Below, piece by piece: positions 36,470-48,550 of a stretch of 64,000 bases of DNA. The position numbers and the translations under genes were made by a program. The stretch's first letter is position 1, and every line of letters starts with the position of its first letter. The stretch spans positions 318,691 to 382,690 of the forward strand of contig NW_004797289.1 in NCBI RefSeq assembly GCF_000002075.1, written 5' to 3'. The notes beneath the pieces are model-generated. The model saw nothing but the letters and a program-made list of their open reading frames with translations. It had not been told where the DNA came from and ran no database searches. This stretch comes from Aplysia californica (Eukaryota).

Positions 36470-38129
36470 TTTTTGTTGTTGTTGTTTTACAGCACTTGCA
36501 ACATAATTAGGTCATACAACTGCCGAAGATAAGAGGTGTTACAAGGGAGTAACAAACACAAAAACAACCACACANNNNNNNNNNNNNNNNNNNNNNNNNN
36601 NNNNNNNNNNNNNNNNNNNNNNNNNNNNNNNNNNNNNNNNNNNNNNNNNNNNNNNNNNNNNNNNNNNNNNNNNNNNNNNNNNNNNNNNNNNNNNNNNNNN
36701 NNNNNNNNNNNNNNNNNNNNNNNNNNNNNNNNNNNNNNNNNNNNNNNNNNNNNNNNNNNNNNNNNNNNNNNGGAGGGTGGGATGTTATAAGATAACATGA
36801 TATGTTTACTGTTTGAATAAAGAGAGGCACATTAACACAACTATTGTCATTTAAGGGAAGGAAAATTACCCCCCAAAAAGACAGACAAGGGAGAGAAATA
36901 AAAGGTGTTGGATTTACGAGGGAAATCCTTCAACTACTCATGTTAAAAATGTGAAATAAAAAGAGCCATACTATTCCGTTAAATAAACTGCATGACGTAA
37001 AAAAAACTTCAGGGTGGGGAAATCGGAGCAATATGAAATTTGTACTAATCCAAATCTGACAAGGGCAGCCTTGTCTAAAAGTCAAGGTGTTGGGTTGGGA
37101 GTTTGATTCCAAACTGCACAAAGCTGAACAGTAAATTTTTACCAGAAGTTCTTTACCCTATCTTCCTTAATTTATGTCACCCCATATGGGTTATGTAAAT
37201 CAGTATGACAGCGGCAAAAAATCCAGTGCCACAGTTGCTAGCACTTAACAGGCTGCTACACTATGTATCCTAAAAAAGCATGAATCCAAAAGAATTATTA
37301 CAAAGTTGCATGAGCATTTGGGTGGAAAGGATACAATATAATCATGACTCCAATCGTATTTAAAAAAAACAAAAATACACCTTTTAACTGTTATGCTTAA
37401 ACGAAAACTTTGAGAAGCAGTAGCTCAAACAAAACCTGTCCACTGACAACAGACATCAAAAGCATCAAGAGACAAGACACAGATGGGAGGGTGAAGGCTG
37501 CCAGTCATGTTACGGTAACAGTTTTACAGCACTTTCAACACAATTAGATAATAGAGTGCCGAAGATTAGGGGTGTTACGAGAGAGCAACCAACATAAAAA
37601 AAGAAGGAGAGATAAGGACGATAGATGTTTGACAGGACAGAAGGAGCAAACCACACCAGAGCACCCGTCAACCACTCTCTCTCTTTGCCAGTCAAACACT
37701 GACGGGTAACACAAACTGACACAAGGCAGCAAGCACAACATAGGCAACACACATAACTTCGTCTCACCCGTCTCATCAGTGGACTCCAATTTGAGCTCCA
37801 GTGGACTGTCCAGCCTGTTGTGGATGACCAGAGCTGACCGGATGATGATGAGTTTGCGGGCACCGCCCTCTTGCTGGACCTCCACCACAATCCGTGCCGG
37901 GGACACGTGGGGCTGAGGACAGCACACAGTAATAAGGGAAAGTGTTAGCAGTGGTGAGCAGCACAAGGCACAGTTAGGTACAAGCAAATGTGTTTGTAAG
38001 TTTAGTTTTAGTTGTAGTAAGAGTTTTACGGCATTTGCAACACAATAAGGCCATATAAGTGCTGAAAAGAGGTGTTACAAAGAGGGTAACAAAGACAAAA
38101 AAGAAAGAGGGGCAATAAGGATGTTAGAT
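36470..38129 (-). mobile_element. Three retroposon B copies (36470-36573, 37513-37676, 37999-38129)
   Basis: consensus match; span also contains the exon at 37768-37912. Confidence 0.8.
37768..37912 (-). CDS. VPS13D: VPS13D exon (PHVSPARIVVEVQQEGGARKLIIIRSALVIHNRL..)
   Basis: cctcag| ... |gtgag, phase 0 to 1. Confidence 0.93.
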
Positions 38130-38242
38130 GTGGTTGTAAGTGTTTTGCTAAGGGAAGGTGGTGTCTCTAGAGGGTCCGGAAGAGACAGAAACATGTGTGG
38201 AAAAGCCAGAAGAATATCCAACAAGACGTTAACTGGCACGAT

Positions 38243-38337
38243 CAGCAGGCAGACCCTTTCATGGATCCTGGAGAGGAGGGAGGAGCAGCTATGGCATTGT
38301 GCCGCCTGCAGTAATACCTATTCTCCAACCAAGTAAG
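38243..38337. repeat. Dispersed ~95-bp repeat, second copy ~21817-21908
   Basis: GCAGACCCTTTCATGGATCCT..TATTCTCCAACCAAGTAAG in both. Confidence 0.8.
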
Positions 38338-38876
38338 AAAATAAGTGTTTTTGGAACAGTTAGGTGCAAGCAATTGTGGTTATAAGTGTTTGGGTACAGT
38401 TACATAGTAAAAAATTATAACTGTAAAATTTGACTCCCCTCACCCACGCCCGAACAATAGAATTAAAAAATTAAGATTATATAGAAGGTTGCCTTCAATT
38501 CTTCTAATGACAACAAGGCCTTTATGTTGATTCAATTGTCCGCTTACGCTAGAAGAATACAATCTTCATTGTAACCTAGAGAACAACTATTCGGCTGAAG
38601 TCGCTGGAAGACACAAAAAAATCTTATCTAGGAATTTTTGGGCATAATCTTGAGCTAAAAACTACCAGCAGAGCCATCAGTGAGAAGAGAGAAGCACACC
38701 TTCAATGTTTGTATAAATATGAGACCACACATATCACCATGACGGGATTATTTTCTTGTAAACTTCTTTAGTCAAATTTTGAAATAGAGTTTTACAAAAG
38801 ATGCATTACATTCCTAAACACTAAGGTAAAACATGGAAGACATTTTAACACAAAGAAGATATCTGGTTCCACTTAC

Positions 38877-39002
38877 AGGTGCCTTTAGCTCAGGATCAGC
38901 ATGTCGGAAATACACTCCTACTTTGTCCACTGTGACAGGGGACAGCCTCTGCCAACCTTCCACAGTCACCAGCAACTGATTCACGTGCATGGCATGAGAT
39001 TT
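38877..39002 (-). CDS. VPS13D: VPS13D exon (KSHAMHVNQLLVTVEGW..PVTVDKVGVYFR..)
   Basis: ctccag| ... |gtaagt, 126 nt. Confidence 0.93.
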
Positions 39003-39532
39003 CTGGAGGGACACAAGAATAAGTGTCAAATAGAAAAATGAGAGACAATATACTGAAAAAGCCTGCATAATATAGGTTTTTCGGAGAGAAGAGATTTAAA
39101 CTCCCTATTTCTTGGGTTGAGAAATGAGAGGGAAAACAGGATCATCGAGGGCTGAACATTTCAGACCAAGCACTCAATGAAAAAGAAGAGAAATTCATTC
39201 ATTTGACCGATTTAATTTTATGCATATCTAGAGGTCTTTGGGATATGCATCAAGATTGTAAATGACTAGCAAATAACTGGATAGGTGTGAAATGCTGAAT
39301 GGGTGCAAGACACATATTTGTAAGGTGGAAAAAGAAAATGATTACTTTTCAAGCACCAAAATTACACTATCAATTCTATGCTCAAAACTGAAAGTCACTC
39401 TTCAATGAGTTTAGTCATTTGGTAAGAAAGTAACTCAAAAACCAATTGGGAAACCAATTACCTGAGCCCATAACAGAGCCCATGAATCATTACACACATT
39501 ACGGCACTAACAGCCTACAAAGAAAACAGCAC

Positions 39533-39662
39533 CTGGTGTCTGAGTTTTTCCCGCCGGTGGAAATGGAAGGGTTTTGTCTCTGATGGGCCAACCCTCTTCC
39601 AGTCAGAGGCTTGGATATAGGCTGACTCTAGCGTCTGTGAGCTGTGACCATCACCAGCAAGA
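39533..39662 (-). CDS. VPS13D: VPS13D exon (LAGDGHS..DWKRVGPSETKPFHFHRREKLRHQ)
   Basis: ccccag| ... |gtgct, phase 2 to 0. Confidence 0.88.
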
Positions 39663-39844
39663 CTGGGGAACAGGACCAGTTGATTTATGAAAAAATGAAG
39701 GTTGCAACGGAAAAAAACAAGCAATTATTGCAGTTAGCATGTGCACCACTTCTAAATTCCACTCTCGTCAATACCAAACAAGACCCTTTTGAAAGTGGGA
39801 ATGATGAAAAAAAGATCAAAGTACAGTGTGTTTTGACCATTAAC

Positions 39845-40248
39845 ATGCAGTGGAATCAGGCGCCCGTCAATTTTTGGGCATACAGAGTTATTGGTATCAT
39901 CTTAAGGCCTGTTCATTTGCCTTACTTTGAATGAAAAAAATATTGTTTTATCTTGAATAGAAGTTGAGATATTTGCGATTGAATGACCTGGGGGTCACCG
40001 GAGGTTGTCAAAGTTTGGTGACTTCCATAACTTGAGAGTCCTTGAAAACTAAAAATTTACAGTTTTTGTCCCTTTAATCAACGTTTTTAGGAAAAATCCA
40101 CATGGAAAAGTGTTTTCCAGTGGACTTAAAAGATGTTGGGGTAAAAAAAAAAAATTCGATATAAATTGCCAAACCAGCATCAAAATGCCGGTTTCTTTGA
40201 TTTCAGTATTTTGACGAGCGCCTGATTTCACCACGCTGCCTCACATTC
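39845..40248. mobile_element. MITE, second copy of 18406-18844
   Basis: GTGGAATCAGGCGCCCGTCAA ... TTGACGAGCGCCTGATTTCAC. Confidence 0.85.
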
Positions 40249-40440
40249 CATTTTCTCTCAGCCTAAAAAAGTGACTGATTGTTTTCCCATTGTTCAAATA
40301 ATTACAGCATAATGTTAATGAACATTAATGTGTAACAAGCATAGAGGTCAAAAGGTAGGTGATAAGTCCTTCAGAAAGTCATCGAGCCACATTATCTGTG
40401 AGAAATAGAATTACCAGTGATCAATCCATGAATGCATTAA

Positions 40441-40522
40441 CACTTTGCCACCTCATTTTGCCCACTGGCGATGTTAACCACCCAGTTTCTTTGGATTTTC
40501 CTCAAAATGTGATGGCAAAGTG
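40441..40522. mobile_element. 82-bp TTAA-flanked mini-MITE
   Basis: TTAA-CACTTTGCCACCTCATTTT ... AAAATGTGATGGCAAAGTG-TTAA. Confidence 0.8.
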
Positions 40523-40938
40523 TTAATCTGGGTATGGGAAAGACAGGGCCTTTTTGCCTTGAGGTAACACATGCCTCTTCAGCTTAAGTCTCTGGTTTGA
40601 TTCCTGCTTCATGCAGGCACTGCCTCTTCAGCATTAGTCTGTTTGATTCCTGCTTCATGCAGGCACTATCTGTGGCTCAATTTCTTTTTCTCTTTTTGTA
40701 TCCCTGAACCTAAGGAAGATAATATCAGGCACTAAGCCTTCTTAATAAAGACAACTAACAACATGTGGGATAAACAATAGTAATGTTTTCCTTCGTTTCT
40801 CTAGAAAACATAGCAATTTGCACCATGTCAATACATTCTTACGTAACCAACAAATACGGGCATCAAAATCAGGACATGAGACAAACAAACAAAAAAAAGT
40901 AATGTTTTCCATTTCCCCATTTTGTTTAACTTGTTTTT

Positions 40939-41421
40939 CACTTATTGTAAGGGTGTGGTGGTAGCAGTAGTTGTTTTTGCACTTACTTTGAGGGTGTGGT
41001 GGTAGCGGTACTCGTTTTTGCACTTACTTTGAGGGTGTGGTGGTCGCAGTACTTTCTTTTTGCACTTACTTTGAGGGTGTGGTGGTTGCGGTACTTTGTA
41101 TTTGCACTTACTTTGAGGGTGTGATGGTCGCAGTGTTTGTTTTTGCACTTACTTTGAGGGTGTGGTGGTAGGGGTACTCGTTTTTGCACTTACTTTGAGG
41201 GTGTGGTGGTCGCGGTACTTTCTTTTTGCACTTACTCTGAGGGTGTGGTGGTCGCAGTGTTTGTTTTTGCACTTACTTTGAGGGTGTGATGGTCGCAGTG
41301 TTTGTTTTTGCACTTACTTTGAGGGTGTGGTGGTCGCAGTGTTTGTTTTTGCACTTACTTTGAGGGTGTGGTGGTAGCGGTACTTGTTTTTGCACTTACT
41401 TTGAGGGTGTGGTGGTCGCGG
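40939..41421 (-). repeat. 12 x 41-42-bp tandem repeat of exon end plus 5' splice site
   Basis: Plus-strand CACTTA at 40939, 40980, 41021, 41063, 41105, 41146, 41187, 41229, 41270, 41311, 41352, 41393. Confidence 0.95.
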
Positions 41422-41637
41422 TGAGAAACCACAAGTTGCTGCCTGTGTCATTCCGAATGACGTAGGGGATGAACGGTGAACGCTTGTGCTGGGAACGTTC
41501 CGTCCCCGTGCGGGCCAAAAGGTGGGAGGAACCCGTGCCACGCTGCTGGGTGCGGTAGTCCTCCGTCCAGTTGCCGCTGGTCTGACGGTACAGGTCGATG
41601 AGTGTGGAGGTCAGGTTAAGGTTCAGCACATCAGAGG
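41400..41637 (-). CDS. VPS13D: VPS13D exon (SDVLNLNLTSTLIDLY..PFIPYVIRNDTGSNLWFLTATTTPS)
   Basis: cccag| ... |gtaagt, phase 1 to 2; PYxIxNxTG motif. Confidence 0.93.
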
Positions 41638-42105
41638 CTGGGAGCATGGGAAGAAACATAGGAGTTGAAACACTTTACGACCGTTATGTAATGACATGTT
41701 CCTATCAATGTTTGCCGTATCTGTGTACAGCCCAGCCAAGCTCTCCTGTTCGAAGCCTCTTCATTACAGTCATAACTCCATCATTCAAGTCATTTTTTTC
41801 CCAAGTTATAGGTTATTAGTATGGTAAAAATGCATTATTTACTTTTTTGTATCCACAATATAGAAGCGTTCTGTTTTGTATGCCAAAAATCCAATTATTG
41901 AGGCACCTTTCTTCTGCTCAAGTCAAAACTTTGACTTAACTAACAACTGTTTGTTTATGTTTTCTCAAAACAGCACAAAAAATGACTAAGGTAATCATAG
42001 AGATGATATGTGTTTGATACGAGTAAAACATCTGGGGGGTGGGGGGGAGGTATCTCTATACAGAACATTTAAGGCGTATAAGAACAAAACTAAAAAATAC
42101 TGTAC

Positions 42106-42167
42106 CAGCAATCTGCACGGCCAGTCGTTTCTCTGGCTTGGAGTACTGCTTCCACTCAGTCAAACAT
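42106..42167 (-). CDS. VPS13D: VPS13D exon (CLTEWKQYSKPEKRLAVQIA)
   Basis: ccccag| ... |gtaca, phase 2 to 1. Confidence 0.88.
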
Positions 42168-42921
42168 CTGGGGACAGGCAAAAATGGTAACCATGATATC
42201 ACGTTACTAAAGATCTGATGTATGTCACTGAGAAATAAACCCTTCGGTATAAACAAATCATTTTTTCTACCTTTAGTATGCATTTTTCAACCCAAAAAAT
42301 AAGGAGTTTAAATCTCTTCTAGTAATCTCTCACTACAAAGCCTGGGAAATACAATGGCAGATTTGCTACAACATTCAAAATAAAATAGATTTAAATCTTT
42401 CTATAAAACTGTGGCTGAAGGCTGCTATGTGGTTTCTCTTCAGGAGCAAAAGAGAAATTATAAGTGGGTCACCATAAAAAAAACCTGTTTTGAGTTATAA
42501 GAAACAAATTGACACAATGAAGGCCATTCAATGCAAGGAAAAGGTAAGACAGACAGACAGGCAGAGAAGAACAACAGAAGGAAAGAAGAGAAGTAGGACC
42601 TTAGTAAAAGAGTTCAACACTCTCTTCTAACGACTCTACAAGCAGGACCTACTGCTAAAACTTCTGCCTTTCACTCTCCAACCAAGGCAACTACCTGTAC
42701 TGCAATAAGGAACAATTTATCATAAGCACTTGCACTGCAAACTATACAAAGCTGGCCCAAAGAGTATAAGCAGAGACAAACAACACCAAGCATAAATCAG
42801 AAACTCCCTGTTCTGAAATAAGGAACAACTTTTAAGCACTTCCACTGTGAACTATGCAGAGCTGGCCCAAAGAGAATGAGCACAGAGACAAACACCACCA
42901 AGCATGAAACAAACAGCTTAC

Positions 42922-43039
42922 CTCCAGGGCTCAAGGCAAGGCTCCCATCCAGAGAGTTTTCTGTTGTAGTATTCAGACACCAACTGGAATGATGCTTTGC
43001 CCTCAATGCTTGGCTCAAGGTCTTGCTTGATGCTCAGAC
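42922..43039 (-). CDS. VPS13D: VPS13D exon (..EYYNRKLSGWEPCLEPW)
   Basis: ctctag| ... |gtaag, phase 1 to 2; hallmark VPS13 YYN..WEP.EPW motif. Confidence 0.95.
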
Positions 43040-43376
43040 CTAGAGATACGTCATAAATTCATTTAAACATATAAAAAATCTTGTGTTTTCAGGAAAATTC
43101 TGTGTGGAAAAAAGTTGTACCTTCAACGATTTAATCATGAATCACACTTACATTCTGGAATTAAGATAGGGAGGTTTATTATCATGCATATTCATCTGTC
43201 TGCTGGGAGAAGAAATCCCTCTCAGCTTCATTTGGCTCCGACAGGCTGAATCAAAGAAGAATGCCTCCTACATAGTCTGAATTATGCTGATGACGGCGCA
43301 AAACACTTACAATTATACATACATCAAATTTTGAAGACTGATCAAACATCTCTAAGGAGAAAAATTTTGGCAGTGA

Positions 43377-43558
43377 GTTTTAGTTTTAGTAGAGGTTATT
43401 CGGCGCTCGCAACTGCATAAGGTCATATGAGCGCCAGAAGATTAGAAGTATCACAAGAGAGTAACAAACATAAAAAAAGAAAAAGGGGAGATAAGGACGA
43501 TAGATGTTTGGTAGGAAAGAAGGAGCAAACCACACCAGAGCACCCGCCAACCACCCAC
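43377..43558 (-). mobile_element. ~175-bp retroposon, subfamily A, full length
   Basis: 12-bp TSD TTTTGGCAGTGA at 43365-43376 and 43559-43570. Confidence 0.92.
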
Positions 43559-43601
43559 TTTTGGCAGTGAACGAAGAGCAATACATCTGGGCACTACTCA
43601 C

Positions 43602-43683
43602 CATTACAAGAGACTTCAACCAAGGGGATATCTGCATCGCCACAGTCATCAATAAGACAGAGGCTGATACTGTCCGCATTCAG
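43602..43683 (-). CDS. VPS13D: VPS13D exon (LNADSISLCLIDDCGDADIPLVEVSCN)
   Basis: ttccag| ... |gtgagt, phase 0 to 1. Confidence 0.93.
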
Positions 43684-44031
43684 CTGGAACAAGAGAACAT
43701 GAACCTTGATCACAACACAGACACAGACTTAGTCTACAGACCTTTGACAAAGCATTCCTGGTCAATATTGGTGAGTAAACACTAACCTCTCAAATGTTTT
43801 ATTCACCAATATATGCCAAAAAGAATTTATCCTGACTTTGTTTCAAAAGAACAGTTAAAAATGAGTCACGGTGTTGTTTTATAAGTAACTTTAATATTTG
43901 AACACAGATTTCTTCCAAATTTTCACACAAGGTAGATAAATGGACTGGCTACCCCTGCACACACAAATTAGTAAAAAAGTAGGTCAAGGTGACCTTGAGA
44001 GTGAGCACTGTTGATCAAACAACAAAATTTA

Positions 44032-44640
44032 CCCTCGTTGTTCATGGCTGACAAGCAGGATCAATTGTCACATAATTGTGGTAGGCCTCAAAACAGTCTT
44101 TACAGCATCCCTTGTTGCAAGCAGGGCAGTAGGTTGTTGTTTGCACTGGTTTGCCTGGCTTTGTGCTATTTCCTTGCTTCTTACACTGAGCGCAGTCACA
44201 TGCGGCTAAACCCTTATCAAGATATTCGTGTCTCCTTTGCCCAGCGTACAAATTGGTTTAGTTAGCTAATGTCACAAAAAATTTTGCAGAAAATATTCAA
44301 TAGGTTCTGAGTTTAGATCTAATATTTTAAAGAGATCATACATCTCTGTGAATGGCAAAACATTTCGCCAAGAGCCTGTGCAGTCATGACTCCACCTATC
44401 AGCGGGCGTGGCACAAGCACTACCTTCAGCTGTGAATGTGCGCACGTTCTCAAAACTAGATATAGGCCTAGCCCCATTGCTCTTTTCACTATCATCATCT
44501 GAATCACAAATTCCCATCAACTGTTGCGCATCAAAATCATCTTCAATAAAGATATCTGACTGATTATCTTCAACATCAGTCAGGAATGTGAAATAACTCA
44601 AAACAGATTTTTCTCTGAAGGACAAGGCAACTCATCTTCA
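44032..44640 (-). pseudogene. Internally deleted piggyBac-like transposase relic
   Basis: Acidic N-terminus ending EPIEYFLQNF, joined to Cys-rich C-terminus CAQC..TTTYCPACNKGCCKDCFEAYH. Confidence 0.7.
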
Positions 44641-45248
44641 GATAAATCACTCATCTTTCTTCTTCAAAGCCACTAGCTCTTTCAACTCCATTATCAAAAC
44701 TTTCTACTGGGCAAACAAACTTTAACACAGTTGTTTCCCCTGACACAGGCAGCAGAAAGTAGTGATAACTGGAGTCAATTCAGAGCAGCGGTTTTCAGCG
44801 GTATAGGATTCTAGGGCAGCAGCGGATAGCAGCAGTAAAGGAAGCTGAAGGTAAAGAGATAAAAATATATCAGGAATAACAAAGTGTAACGTTTGATACA
44901 GCTGGCATACTTTCTCGTGTTTGTCTTTGGAGTTTGCCAAAAACTTTGCAGTAACTTGGCTCAATAATGTACCAGTGAAAATTATCTCTTCCGGTCTCTT
45001 CTGCACAGCGCCAGACCTGAGAAGTCCATTGCAGTCCCTCTCCTGGCTGGGTGACCAGATGGGGTACTTTGCACTGCTGGCTGTTTGACTGAAAAGTGTT
45101 AAATTCAGGCAGTACACCTTCATTTTTGCATTTTACATGAATCAATTAAGTTAATGTTTTCTTGCTGCAGGGACAATAAAGTTAATCATGTCTTTCTTCA
45201 AGGATCAGTTGGGAAAATTTTTTTTTGTTTGCACAAAGAATCCCTCAC

Positions 45249-45442
45249 CTCTAGAGCAGTAACCATGAAATCTGACTGCGTCTCTGAACCCAGAGCGCCA
45301 TCAGAAGCACCCGACTTCCTGTGAGAAGCATTCTGGGACAGCCACAGCGAAGCTTCCTCCACATTCCAGCTACATGCTGCCAGAGCACGCCGCACATCCT
45401 GTTCCACAAAGCCCAGGGTCGTCAACTGCTCCACCTCTTCTT
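45249..45442 (-). CDS. VPS13D: VPS13D exon encoding UBA domain (VEQLTTLGFVEQDVRRALAACSWNVEEASLWL)
   Basis: gacag| ... |gtgag; LGF..AL....NVEEA..WL UBA signature. Confidence 0.93.
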
Positions 45443-45909
45443 CTGTCCGGACAAAATAATGACGTGGAAATGAGTACACATTTGTTTGCAGAAAGACAAG
45501 CACATTGATGTTATAATGGTCATTTAGTGCAGAGGCCGGAAGGGAGAAGGTAGACAGACAAACAGAAACAATGGAAAGAAAGAAAAGGAGGACCTACCAC
45601 ACATGCCCTCCTGGCATCTGCTTGAATTACAAATGTTCTGTTTGAGTGAACAAAAGCACATTCACACAACAACAATCATTTAGAAGCGGGGGGGGGAGTA
45701 AGGTAGACATGCAGACAGACACACAACGGAGAAAAAGAGAAGAAATAGGACCTACAAGAGACACTGTGGGGGGGAGTAAGGTAGACAGGCAGACAGACAC
45801 ACAACAGAGGAAAAGAGAAGAAATAAGACCTACAAGAGGCATCCTCCAACTACCCACCCACCCACTACTGCCGCCATGTCCATGGTAAAAGATAGGAGCA
45901 GCCACCAAC

Positions 45910-46261
45910 CTGTAGTGGATTTACTGCTGCTGCCACAGGGCAAGGAGAACCCCGCCATGGACGGAAGCATGCTCTTTGTGAGGTTGTCTTCAGGAACCAT
46001 CGTCTCCTTAGCTCCACTCTGTTGTGCCACCTGGGACGAAGCACATTTCTTGGTCGCTGTTGCTGCTGTGGTTGCTGTTCTTGTCGCTGAGGAGGTTGAG
46101 GTTGAGGCTGTTGTCGCTGCTGCAGTCGCTGTAGTCTGCTGCTGTTGCTGCTGTTGTTGCTGATGCGCCTGGAGGGCTTGCTGTGGCAGGGAGTTGGCGA
46201 TGGCCAAAAACATCACCATGTCATGGTAGGACACACGCATGTTCAGATTCTTCAGTAGAAT
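45910..46261 (-). CDS. VPS13D: VPS13D exon (ILLKNLNMRVSYHDMVMFLAIANSLP + polyQ/T/A tract)
   Basis: tttcag| ... |gttgg, phase 0 to 1; donor less certain. Confidence 0.85.
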
Positions 46262-46609
46262 CTGAAAACAAAGGCAAAAAAGGGAGGGGAAGATGACCAA
46301 CAGGACTGGTGATAAATACCAATAACATCTGTTCCTGTCTAAAGGAGGAAGAGGAGGAGGAGGAGAACAAAAAAAAAAAATCTCCCACACATCGTTCCCT
46401 CTAAAAAAGTTCTCTTTCTCTCTCTCCGACACATTGGTCACATAAAATAAAGCTATCTGTCTGTCTCTCTATCTTGTCTGTCTTTCTGTCTCTCTCACAC
46501 ACACTCTCACACACACATACATAAACACTGGTGACAACAAATGTGGTTCTTCTCTCTTATGGTTCGTAAAATTGTAAAGAACAGATACAAGACATCAAGC
46601 ACATCTGAC

Positions 46610-46846
46610 CTCCAGCACCAAATGCCTCCTCTGTGTGTCTCTGAGCCCCAACAAGCCAGAGGCCTGGGGGTTGGGCTGAGGCAAAGGGTTAGCATTGAGC
46701 TCCACACTAATGGAGGTGGGGTCGATGATGGATAGAGCCGTGTCTTCCTCAGCCATGAGACAGCAGGAGAACAACTCCACACTCTGCAACGAGCACGTCA
46801 GAACTTTGTCCTGGGCCTGAGGCTTGAAGATGATCACCGCAGAGTT
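46610..46846 (-). CDS. VPS13D: VPS13D exon (NSAVIIFKP..VELFSCC..EEDTALSIIDP..)
   Basis: gtccag| ... |gtcag, 237 nt. Confidence 0.93.
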
Positions 46847-47253
46847 CTGGACAGGATACACACAGATATGTTACAGTTTATTTGTTTCCTGAGTAAGAAG
46901 AACATTTTCACACAATTTATTCATTTATCTAGTTAAAAGAAACACAACAACACATTAATGGTCATTTAGTATACCGAAAAAGAAAAGTGACACATACATA
47001 AACAACAAAGGGAAAGACAAAAAGCCTATGCTTCGTACAACAAACCCACCACAACAATAAAAACAACACGAAAACAGCAAAATATGAAAAAAGTAAAATG
47101 AATTTTTTTATGAGTACAGAACAATCAGCACAAAATTAGCAGAACTGTAAAACTTATCTACACCGCTCCATCAACAGACAGTTTGACAATGGAATAATTA
47201 AGAGAAAGTTAGTGTATCTGATTAGTGTCACATGTCTCCTTGTCTGTGATTAC

Positions 47254-47352
47254 CTTTAGGATGACAGCGTTGGTGTCCAAAGACGTGGAGTCCTCCACCA
47301 CAACAAACTGGGTGTCAGCAAAGTTCAGCACCAGCTCAAAAGGAACTTTGGT
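47254..47352 (-). CDS. VPS13D: VPS13D exon (TKVPFELVLNFADTQFVVVEDSTSLDTNAVILK)
   Basis: cctcag| ... |gtaat, 99 nt. Confidence 0.93.
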
Positions 47353-47813
47353 CTGAGGGAGAAATAATTAGATATTTTTTTGTCCCTCACAGACAAACAA
47401 CGTGAGAATGTGTCTGGACATAACAAACAAGAAAAATAAAAGATCCACTCCATTCCCTGCCCCCCTCCCATCCTCTCCAAGAAATGCAATGGAAAACATG
47501 AGGAGCAACAAATATCAGAGATACACTCTTTAATTTGCTTCAGTAAAAAATATATCACTCCTCATTTTGTACAAGATCTCAAAAGCCCTCCCTTTTAGTT
47601 ATCATTTTTTCCTCTTATTGTCATTATGCAACTACCATAGAAAAACATCCAGGTCTATTCTGAACCACAGAAAAGACAAAACCATAACTAGTTTAACCGA
47701 ATGAATTGAACAAATATACCATCTTCATATATATATCTACCACTGCCTGAAAAATCCAGGTTCATTTGGCACTACTCCATAGCTGACAAAACTATAATCA
47801 AAATTTGGCTGAC

Positions 47814-47947
47814 CTCTTCGACCAGGGGTCCTCTCTTCGTGATGATGCCTCTGGAGACAGTGAGAGGGCTCTGATTTCGGCTGGATGGTCGCTGTACCAG
47901 TTCTGTCATAGTCTCTGACAGGTGAGTGCTAGGGCTGACATGACCCA
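47814..47947 (-). CDS. VPS13D: VPS13D exon (GHVSPSTH..GIITKRGPLVEE)
   Basis: cctcag| ... |gtcag, phase 1 to 0. Confidence 0.87.
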
Positions 47948-48325
47948 CTGAGGGGACAAGCAACAAAGATGTTTACATAGAATAAACTTGACGGAGAAGA
48001 AGAATGTTTACATAGAACAAACTTGACGGAGAAGAAGAATGTTTACAAGGAACAAACTTATCAGCTATGAGCTGGCAACAACTTATCTTCAGATATTTGG
48101 AATTGACCATGATTCTTCATCTGAGAATATCACTCACACAACTGAACATTTTTTACTGCTGTTTATTATTTTTATTTCACAAAATAGAGAAATAAAGACT
48201 TTTTTTCTGTTGATCTCATTTACCTTTTTTTTTTAAAGAAAAGAAAAAGACATCACTTTCATTTATCCCCACGGGAAAGCATGGGTCGAAGGGTAAATCA
48301 TCACTTAAATAAAACGTCCTCTCAC

Positions 48326-48550
48326 TTTTGACAAAGGGGTCTGGAGGCTCTTTGGAGAGATATTCCCTCATGGCCAGCAGCCAATCAAACACACACATGA
48401 GTCGCATGTTGTTGAGCAGCACAGTGAAGTGAGTGCTGTCTGGCGCAGCTCTCAGGTGCATCTCCATCTGTAGACCTTTGAGATCCTTGGAGCCTGGAGA
48501 CGGCTGTAGGATGCTGGTGAACACGTTGGGGCGCGCATTCACAGGCTCGT
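48326..48550 (-). CDS. VPS13D: VPS13D exon (EPVNARPNVFTSILQP..FTVLLNNMRLMCVFDWLL..)
   Basis: actag| ... |gtgag, 225 nt, phase 1. Confidence 0.92.

Noticed and set aside
40939-41421. CRISPR-like regularly spaced repeats
   Set aside because: The units are head-to-tail with no unique spacers, derive from an exon-intron junction, and the context is eukaryotic with no cas genes.
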